From positions 1 to 26,999 of the forward strand of contig JANRLX010000079.1 of NCBI GenBank assembly GCA_033762115.1: DNA of 26,999 nt. The letters are read 5' to 3'. The notes beneath the pieces are model-generated. The model had not been told where the DNA came from. It did no database searches and worked only from the letters and a program-made list of their open reading frames with translations. Positions 11,650-18,654 of the stretch are shown here, piece after piece. Within the stretch, counting starts at the first letter, position 1; every line of letters begins with the position of its first letter. Both the position numbers and the translations under genes were made by a program. This DNA is from Verrucomicrobiota bacterium (GTDB taxonomy: Bacteria > Verrucomicrobiota > Verrucomicrobiia > Limisphaerales > SXQI01).

Positions 11650-12792
11650 CTAGACAGCGAGCTTTGAAAGCAACTCTTCGTTGGTCTTATTTTTCTTCAG
11701 CGCAGCAATCAAGGTTTCCATTGCTTCAATCGGATTCAAGTCCACCATTGTTCGGCGGAGCTTCCGGATTGCTTCAAGATGGCGGGCCGCGAACAATTTT
11801 TCCTCTTTTCGTGTACCGCTTTTTGGAATGTCAATCGCTGGATAAAGGCGCCGATCTGAAAGCTTGCGGTCCAGGATCAACTCCATGTTGCCGGTTCCTT
11901 TGAACTCCTGGAAAATCAATTCGTCCATCCGGGAGCCGGTGTCCACCAGGGCGGTGGCCAGAATTGTCAACGAGCCGCCTTCTTCAATTTTGCGGGCAGA
12001 AGCAAACATTTTGCGCGGAATTTCCAACGCACGAGCATCCACACCGCCGGTCATCGTCCGTCCGCTGCCCCCATGCACGCTGTTATAAGCACGGGCAACG
12101 CGAGTGATGGAATCGAGAAGCACAAAAACATCTTTTCCAGCCTCCACCATTCGGCGGCAACGCTCAATCATGAAACGAGAAAGGCGAACATGTGTTTCGA
12201 GATCCTGGTCGTTGGATGAGGCCACCACTTCCGCTTTTACAGAACGTTGAAAATCCGTCACTTCCTCGGGACGTTCATCAATCAGCAGCACCATGACATG
12301 AACTTCAGGATGGTTGGTCGTGACTGCATTGGCTATCTGCTTGAGCACGGTGGTTTTTCCCGTGCGGGGAGGCGCCACGATCAATCCGCGTGTTCCCTTG
12401 CCGATGGGAGTGACAAGATCAATGATACGGGTTTCGATCAGGTCAGGCGTGGTTTCCAGATTGAATTTTTCAATGGGGTCGATTGTCGTGAGGTTCTCGA
12501 ACCGCATTGTTTTGACGTAATCCTGGAACGGAAGGCTGTTGACCCGCGCCACTTCCTTAAGTTGCGGACTGGTGCCGCGATGAGGAGGTTGGGTGGGCCC
12601 TTCAACAAGGCACCCCTCACGAAGAAAGTTCTTTTTGATGGTATCCGGGGTAACGAAAATATCCGTTGGTTTGGGTTGAAAATGACTTTGTGCAGAACGC
12701 AAAAACCCAAATCCCTTTTCCGAAATTTCAAGAAAGCCTGAGCCTGGCTCCGTTGCCACGCCCGCCGTATTATTATTGTGTTGTTTACTCAT
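11650..12792 (-). CDS. rho: Transcription termination factor Rho, short form lacking the N-terminal helical domain
   Basis: 380 aa. OB-fold motif [15 protein letters not shown]...DIFV, Walker [20 protein letters not shown], Walker B LLDSITR, Q-loop [10 protein letters not shown]-loop [10 protein letters not shown] and Arg-finger SGTRKEE. Confidence 0.95.
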   Translation of the reverse strand: MSKQHNNNTAGVATEPGSGFLEISEKGFGFLRSAQSHFQPKPTDIFVTPDTIKKNFLREGCLVEGPTQPPHRGTSPQLKEVARVNSLPFQDYVKTMRFENLTTIDPIEKFNLETTPDLIETRIIDLVTPIGKGTRGLIVAPPRTGKTTVLKQIANAVTTNHPEVHVMVLLIDERPEEVTDFQRSVKAEVVASSNDQDLETHVRLSRFMIERCRRMVEAGKDVFVLLDSITRVARAYNSVHGGSGRTMTGGVDARALEIPRKMFASARKIEEGGSLTILATALVDTGSRMDELIFQEFKGTGNMELILDRKLSDRRLYPAIDIPKSGTRKEEKLFAARHLEAIRKLRRTMVDLNPIEAMETLIAALKKNKTNEELLSKLAV

Positions 12793-13024
12793 GATGTCCG
12801 AGGGGTCTGTCCCAAGGCTTGTTTACGAAGCCACAAAAGCAACCTAGTTAATCGAACTTTGAATTGGGAAAACCGGTTAAACCGAAAAGTTTTGGGTAAA
12901 TGGACCAAGCCCTGGTTTAGTCGGTTAGACCTGTGACAAGGTGATATCTAAGGGCATTTCACACACTTGGCAACAAGTTTTTAAAGAAAATATTATTCCT
13001 CTACTCCTCCAAATCCGCTTTGGA

Positions 13025-13053
13025 TTGTCACCACTCAATCGCTGCTCTAATCT
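13025..13053 (+). promoter_or_regulatory. Putative sigma70-like promoter with the TSS predicted at the ATG 13060 (leaderless)
   Basis: TTGTCA(13025)-N17-TAATCT(13048)-N6-ATG(13060). Confidence 0.6.
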
Positions 13054-13059
13054 AATGAC

Positions 13060-13641
13060 ATGGTCATTGCCACTCGTTTATTCACATGGTTGGTTTTCTC
13101 CCTCATTGTAGCCACCACTGCCGTGGCAAAGGATAAGGAACTCACAGCCTTTGATTTGATCAAGGAAGGCAATCGTTATATCGGAGAACATGCCAAGGAC
13201 AAGGTCGTCCAGATTCGATCTGAAAAATCCATCAACTCCCTGACGCCAAACATCTGGTTCGTGGTATATTACGATTCCACTGCAACCTTTAAAGCGGTGG
13301 AGGTTAAATTCGGTGCTGGAAAAATGCTCGACGTGAAACGTCCGATCCGCGCGTTGGAACCAGTTACCGGTGGAAGCAAACCACTGGACATCACCAAATT
13401 GAAAATTGATTCTGACAAAGCGATCAAGATTGCTTCCACCGATTCCATGCTCGAAAAAATCACTGTTAAATCCGTGCAGGCAAAATTGGAACGGCACGAA
13501 GAAGTCGCAGCCTGGAAAATAAAGCTTTGGGCAGCAAAACTGGCCAAACCATCAGAACAGGTTGAGATTGGAACGATCATTTTGTCAGCAGAAGACGGTG
13601 CTGTGCTGAAAAATGAATTAAAAATTGACCGTGTGGATTAA
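13060..13641 (+). CDS. Secreted hypothetical protein, possibly PepSY-like
   Basis: 193 aa with a Sec signal peptide (…LIVATTAVA|KD) and high Lys content. The C-terminal half (IDSDKAIKIA…LERHEEVAAWKIKL…ILSAEDGAVL) resembles a PepSY pattern. Confidence 0.7.
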   Translation: MVIATRLFTWLVFSLIVATTAVAKDKELTAFDLIKEGNRYIGEHAKDKVVQIRSEKSINSLTPNIWFVVYYDSTATFKAVEVKFGAGKMLDVKRPIRALEPVTGGSKPLDITKLKIDSDKAIKIASTDSMLEKITVKSVQAKLERHEEVAAWKIKLWAAKLAKPSEQVEIGTIILSAEDGAVLKNELKIDRVD

Positions 13642-13658
13642 CTTCCTCCACTGAACTG

Positions 13659-15218
13659 ATGAACTCCAGCCCCCCTCCTCCCGACTACGATGTTGTGGTC
13701 ATTGGAGGCGCTTTGGCTGGAGCCTCAACTGCATTCCTGCTGAAACAAAAAGTTCCTGATCTCCGGGTTCTCGTCCTGGACCGCTCCCAAAAATTTGGCC
13801 GTAAAGTTGGAGAAGCGACAGTTGAAGTCAGCGCCTACTTCCTTTGCCGTGTGCTCGGGCTGACCAGTCACCTGAACGAATACCATATTGCAAAACAGGG
13901 GCTTCGATTTTGGTTTACGAATGACCTATGCAAATCACTTGAGGATTGCAGTGAGATGGGCAGCAAGTATCTCGTTCGTCTGCCTTCCTACCAGGTGGAC
14001 CGTGCTGTTCTGGATGAAGAAGTACTTGCCCGCGCCCATCGGGCAGGTGCTGCGGTTTTACGGGGTGCGGTAGTTCATCAAATCGACCTTTCCCCCGGTG
14101 GGGTTCAAACAGTTCATTACAAGCATTCGGATCAACAGTGCCTGGTTCGTTCCCGCTGGGTGGTGGATGCCAGTGGTGTTGCAGCGATATTGGCCCGGCA
14201 GGAGGGCTGGCTGAAACCAAATCGTGAACATCCTACAACCTCGGTCTGGTCACGATGGAAGCTCGTCCAGGATTGGGATGGGCTTGATCTTGCAAAAAAA
14301 TTCCCTGCCTGGTCGAGGAGCTGTTTCGGAATTCGCGGCACCGCTACCAATCATTTTTTTGGATACGGGTGGTGGGCATGGTGCATTCCCCTGAAGGGCG
14401 GAGACGTTAGTATCGGTGTCGTTTTTGACCAAAGGATCGTCCAATGGCCGGAAGGAGGGACTCTTGGCCAGCGTCTGAAGGAATTTCTTATGCAACATCC
14501 AGCCGCTGCGGAAATCATGCGCAACGCAACCTGGGTGGAAGGGGATGTTCACTGGCGAAAAAATCTCCCTTATTCAAGCAACGTCCAGGCGGGTGACGGC
14601 TTTGCGCTGGTGGGTGATGCAGCCGGATTTATTGATCCATTTTACAGTCCTGGAATGGATTGGATCAGCTATACAGTGGCTGCAACGGTTGAACTGATCG
14701 AACAATCACGAATGGCCGATTCTGATCCTGCCATGCTTGCCGCCAGGCATAATGATATCTTTTTAAAAAGTTACGACCGCTGGTTTCGTGGGCTTTACCA
14801 GGACAAGTACTACTACTTCGGCGATTTTGAATTACTGAAAATTGGATTTCTCCTCGATCTTGGCCTTTACTATATGGGAGTGGCCCGTCAGCCTTACCTT
14901 CGCGGATGGAAAGCCTTGCTCGAACCGGTTTTTTCAACCCCACCATCGCGTCCCTTTTATTGTTTCATGCGGTTCTATAACCGCCGACTCAGTGTAATAG
15001 GCAAGAATCGCTTTGAACGAGGAGAGTTCGGTCGGATGAATTATCAAAACCGTTTCTTCTTTGGCGGTTATATCTTCTCAGGATGGAGTGTCCGGCACAT
15101 CCTAAAGGCGACCCTGTCATGGCTTTGCCTGGAATTGAAGGAAGGCTGGCGGACGTGGGGAACGAAAAAAGCAGAAGGCGCTTCAAGCATTTCGCCTGTC
15201 CAGGAACCCGTTTCATGA
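13659..15218 (+). CDS. Flavin-dependent halogenase-like FAD oxidoreductase
   Basis: 519 aa with DVVVIGGALAG (FAD binding), KVGEAT, candidate catalytic Lys in IAKQGLRF, VVDASG, WAWCIP (WxWxIP, 14373-14390) and VGDAAGFIDPFYSPG. Confidence 0.8.
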   Translation: MNSSPPPPDYDVVVIGGALAGASTAFLLKQKVPDLRVLVLDRSQKFGRKVGEATVEVSAYFLCRVLGLTSHLNEYHIAKQGLRFWFTNDLCKSLEDCSEMGSKYLVRLPSYQVDRAVLDEEVLARAHRAGAAVLRGAVVHQIDLSPGGVQTVHYKHSDQQCLVRSRWVVDASGVAAILARQEGWLKPNREHPTTSVWSRWKLVQDWDGLDLAKKFPAWSRSCFGIRGTATNHFFGYGWWAWCIPLKGGDVSIGVVFDQRIVQWPEGGTLGQRLKEFLMQHPAAAEIMRNATWVEGDVHWRKNLPYSSNVQAGDGFALVGDAAGFIDPFYSPGMDWISYTVAATVELIEQSRMADSDPAMLAARHNDIFLKSYDRWFRGLYQDKYYYFGDFELLKIGFLLDLGLYYMGVARQPYLRGWKALLEPVFSTPPSRPFYCFMRFYNRRLSVIGKNRFERGEFGRMNYQNRFFFGGYIFSGWSVRHILKATLSWLCLELKEGWRTWGTKKAEGASSISPVQEPVS

Positions 15219-15961
15219 ATTCAGTCACTCCCGTGCGACCGCACAAACCACTCGAAACATTTTACGATGAACCGCAAAAGCGGGCGGCTTACCTGAACGA
15301 TCTCTTCGACAACACCGCGCAACATTATGACTGGATCAGCAGCGTGCTTGCCTTTGGTTCAGACAAACGTTATCGCGAGATGGCGTTGAGAAAAGCTGGC
15401 CTGAAAACGGGGATGAAACTGCTGGATGTGGCAACCGGGACAGGACTGGTCGCCCAGGCCGCACTCGACCTTGGCATCAACCCCGCTGACATTGTTGCGT
15501 TGGATCCAAGCCGCGGAATGTTACGTGAAAACATGAAAAAGCGTCCCCTTTTCATGGTCCAGGGAGTTGGAGAACGGCTGCCATTCCCGGGCAGCACCTT
15601 TGATTTTATTACAATGGGCTATGCATTGCGGCATGTGGAAACTCTTGACGCGCTTTTCCAGGAGTTCATACGCGTACTAAAACCTGAAGGTTCGCTGCTG
15701 GTCATGGAACTGAGCAGGCCTGAGTCAAAACCACTCCACTCAGTCATGAAATTGTTCATGGAAAAAGCAGTGCCGCTGATCGCCCGTTTTCGAACTCGTG
15801 ATGAAAAACTTCCTGAGCTGATGCGCTATTATTGGGCAACGATTGAAGAGTGTGTTCCGCCAGCCGATATCGTCACCACATTGAAGAATACTGGCTTTAG
15901 CAAAGTTGAACGCCGGAAATTTGGACCGGTGTTGAACGATTACTACGCCCAAAAAAGTTGA
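15215..15961 (+). CDS. Class I SAM-dependent methyltransferase, UbiE/COQ5-like
   Basis: ATG 15215 overlaps the upstream TGA (ATGA). Motifs LFDNTAQHYD, LLDVATGTG, LPFPGSTFDFITMGYALRHV and RVLKPEG. Confidence 0.88.
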   Translation: MNSVTPVRPHKPLETFYDEPQKRAAYLNDLFDNTAQHYDWISSVLAFGSDKRYREMALRKAGLKTGMKLLDVATGTGLVAQAALDLGINPADIVALDPSRGMLRENMKKRPLFMVQGVGERLPFPGSTFDFITMGYALRHVETLDALFQEFIRVLKPEGSLLVMELSRPESKPLHSVMKLFMEKAVPLIARFRTRDEKLPELMRYYWATIEECVPPADIVTTLKNTGFSKVERRKFGPVLNDYYAQKS

Positions 15962-15962
15962 T

Positions 15963-17225
15963 TCATTTCAGATCAAGACAGAGCAGCTCTCCAGTCGTCT
16001 TGATCCCGTCCCGAACATACAAACGCCCATCGGCGTAAGCCGGATTGCACCAGTTTACCCCACAAACCTGAACACGGCCACGTTCCGTAAATTGTTCCGG
16101 ATTAGCTGCAAACAGGAGCAGTTCTCCCCCATCCGTGAGGCAGAGGATATTCTCTCCCATGACAATGAACGCAGCGTGGGCTTTATCTGCTGATGAAGAA
16201 AAATAGCCGGTTTGGCTCCATTTCAAGTTCCCGGACGGGCCTTCGACACAGATCAGATTTTTTTCGGGGCCGAGTCCGTAAAGATGTTTGCCCACCACCA
16301 CCGGACTCGCGAAGTTCATCGCCGCCTGTTTGGAAAGCCATGCCTGTTCTACCGAAAAGGCATTCCCATTTTTCGTAATTTTTGTTCCAATCATCCCCAC
16401 TTGATGCGAGGAGATCACCACCACATCCTCAATCACGACAGGGATTGTGACATGTCGCGCAGAGGCAGTTTTCACTGGCACTTTCCAGAGCAAAGCCCCG
16501 TCACCCGGATTCAATCCCAGCAGCCCATCAGCCATGAAGCAAAGTAACTGGTCCGTGCCCGCAACCTGTTGGACGATTGGAGGGGCATAAGCTGCCTGCT
16601 CCTGCTGGGAACGCCAAAGAACTTTGCCATCGGTTTTACGAAAACAAACGACCCCCGCGTTGTTAGTGCTTCCCACAAAGGCATAAAGCCGATCCCCAAC
16701 GATCAGGGGAGAACCGTTGTTTCCATGCCGTGAAGCGCCCGGAGCATTTCCTTTCTCGCCAATAAAAGTGGCTCCAAAATCCTGGGTGTAGCTTGTCCGC
16801 CAGACCAATGCCCCGTTCCCGGTTTTTCGGCATTGCAACTCGCCGCGGCAGGAAACTGCGTACACATGGTCGCCATCCACCAAGGGGGTGCAGCGAGGGC
16901 CGGCAGGACCCTGGCCATCCTTGAATGTGTCGTCGATTTCCTGCGACCAGACCTCCTCGCCATTATCAGCTTTCAATGCCCTTAACACTTCTTTGCCATT
17001 GGCAGCTTCAAAATGGAACACCTTATCCCCGGCAATGACCGGACTTGCCAGACCCTCGGCAGCTTTTCGTTTCCAAATGACTTTGGCAGTTGCTGGCAAA
17101 GACTTCAGATGGTCTCCCCTCTGTTGAACATGGGCAGAACGGTCAGGACCACGCCATTGCGGCCAATCCGCCCGCAACGGGTTAATGAGCAAGGTCAAAA
17201 CTAAAAAGGTGGCAATGCGAGGCAT
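15963..17225 (-). CDS. Secreted PQQ-binding-like beta-propeller repeat protein
   Basis: Signal peptide from ATG 17225 (MPRIATFLVLTLLINPLRA|DWPQWRGP), GPRCTP, repeated G-x-x-x-W Trp-docking motifs and C-terminal WCNPAYADGRLYVR. Confidence 0.85.
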   Translation of the reverse strand: MPRIATFLVLTLLINPLRADWPQWRGPDRSAHVQQRGDHLKSLPATAKVIWKRKAAEGLASPVIAGDKVFHFEAANGKEVLRALKADNGEEVWSQEIDDTFKDGQGPAGPRCTPLVDGDHVYAVSCRGELQCRKTGNGALVWRTSYTQDFGATFIGEKGNAPGASRHGNNGSPLIVGDRLYAFVGSTNNAGVVCFRKTDGKVLWRSQQEQAAYAPPIVQQVAGTDQLLCFMADGLLGLNPGDGALLWKVPVKTASARHVTIPVVIEDVVVISSHQVGMIGTKITKNGNAFSVEQAWLSKQAAMNFASPVVVGKHLYGLGPEKNLICVEGPSGNLKWSQTGYFSSSADKAHAAFIVMGENILCLTDGGELLLFAANPEQFTERGRVQVCGVNWCNPAYADGRLYVRDGIKTTGELLCLDLK

Positions 17226-17343
17226 TCCTTTCCGTAGCCGGTAAACTCGCGTTTCGTCAAGTTCCATACGAACTCCTTTCCTGGATACATCGTGGAGAAA
17301 AACGGGCACTCGGTTTTAAAAGAGGATATCGCTTACCTTCAGG

Positions 17344-17372
17344 TTGCTTCAGGAAGCAATTCTTCCTAGACT
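17344..17372 (+). promoter_or_regulatory. Putative leaderless promoter with an overlapping palindromic operator
   Basis: TTGCTT(17344)-N17-TAGACT(17367)-N6-ATG(17379). The perfect inverted repeat TTGCTTC-AG-GAAGCAA (17344-17359) covers the -35. Confidence 0.55.
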
Positions 17373-17378
17373 CCGGCT

Positions 17379-18623
17379 ATGAAAAAGGCGGTTTTGCTAC
17401 TTCTCGCATGCCTGATGGCATTGACGAATTCGGCCCAGCAATCAGAAATCACCGTTCAAGCTGCGGGTCTGTTAACAGGGCCGAATGTCTACGAAGTTAC
17501 TCTCAATTTCAGCGCTCCGGTTGACCTTCAAAGCGCTTCAACACCGGAGAATTATTCCATTGGAGGGACCAATCTGCCTGTATCCGCTTTTTATTTGAAC
17601 AGCAGCACAAGTGTCGTTCTCACGCTAAATCATCTTTCCATCGATCAATCCTATACACTCACTGTGACCAATGTGATGGACCTGGCAGGCGCAACCATCT
17701 CAACAAATCTTTCAATTTTTACACGGTTGATTGGTTGGGTGCCCATTGGAAGCCAGGAGCAGGGATTCACCCCGCAGGCGGTATCTGTCGGGACGAACGG
17801 GTTTGATCTTTATTCCGGCGGATTTCAAATGTTCGACATTTATGATGAGGCAACTTTTGTTTATGAAGAAATCACCGGTAATTTTGATCGCGCTGTGCGT
17901 ATATCCCGCCAGGATCCGTCCAGCGACTTCGCTCGCGCCGGATTGATGGTTCGCGAATCGTTGGACGCTGGCAAACCGCGTCCCTCCAATCCAAATAGCC
18001 TGGAAGAAGCATTCAGCCGGTATCTGGATGTCCATGTAAATCCCTCAATCACTGCTGAAGGCAATGCGCGAACTGATCTTTATGAGATCAGTGTTCGCGA
18101 ATTTACAGGTGGCATCAACCGCATTGAAATTAACGCCACAGTGAACCCGCCAATTACCAACAACATCACTCCGGTCTATCCGGACGTTTGGGTCCGCATG
18201 ACCCGACTTGGAGATCAGTTTACTCTTTATCGGGGAACGAATGGTGTGGATTGGGTGAGGATTGGCAGCTTTTCATTTCGTACCAATGATATCAATAATG
18301 ACCCTGTTCAACCCTTTCCTCAAACAGTTTATGCAGGACCATTTTACAGTCCGGAAAATGGAAACATTCCTGCCGCCAGCGGCCTTCGGAATCTGTTTAA
18401 AGCTGAGTTCCGCGACTACTCGGGCACGAACAATCCTTCAAACTCAGGGGAAATTTCCCTGTCCCTGGCTAAAACCTCCAACGGTCTCGAACTGACATGG
18501 TCAGGAGGCATCCTCCAAACCTCAACCAACCTCACCAGCCCCTGGAGCAATCTCTCTGTCACCAGTCCGTTGACGCTGACGGCGCAATCGAACGAAGTCC
18601 GCTTTTACCGCGTTTCACAGTGA
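17379..18623 (+). CDS. Secreted multidomain protein: Ig-like domain, ConA/DUF1349-like domain and C-terminal W...FYR domain
   Basis: 414 aa with a signal peptide. Ig-like segment VTLNFSAPVD…ENYSI…YTLTVTNVMDLAG; ConA-like segment ARAGLMVRESL…VWVRMTRLGDQFTLYRGTNGVDW; tail LTWSGGILQTSTNLTSPW…RFYRVSQ. Confidence 0.72.
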   Translation: MKKAVLLLLACLMALTNSAQQSEITVQAAGLLTGPNVYEVTLNFSAPVDLQSASTPENYSIGGTNLPVSAFYLNSSTSVVLTLNHLSIDQSYTLTVTNVMDLAGATISTNLSIFTRLIGWVPIGSQEQGFTPQAVSVGTNGFDLYSGGFQMFDIYDEATFVYEEITGNFDRAVRISRQDPSSDFARAGLMVRESLDAGKPRPSNPNSLEEAFSRYLDVHVNPSITAEGNARTDLYEISVREFTGGINRIEINATVNPPITNNITPVYPDVWVRMTRLGDQFTLYRGTNGVDWVRIGSFSFRTNDINNDPVQPFPQTVYAGPFYSPENGNIPAASGLRNLFKAEFRDYSGTNNPSNSGEISLSLAKTSNGLELTWSGGILQTSTNLTSPWSNLSVTSPLTLTAQSNEVRFYRVSQ

Positions 18624-18654
18624 TCGAGCGATTGGGCTCCCTTTAATAGCTGGA

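Noticed and set aside
12793..13020. rho upstream region as a riboswitch, rut-rich attenuator or frameshifted Rho N-terminus
   Set aside because: Only short weak hairpins, no marked C>G tract and no recognisable Rho_N remnant. A TTGCCA -35 candidate near 12972 lacks a clean -10.
15083..15214. Long overlap of the methyltransferase ORF with the halogenase-like gene
   Set aside because: The ATGA-coupled start at 15215 gives a normal UbiE-like N-terminus; the extension looks like off-frame noise.
17226..17309. Upstream extension of the beta-propeller ORF
   Set aside because: The signal peptide starts at ATG 17225, and the extension covers likely promoter DNA.
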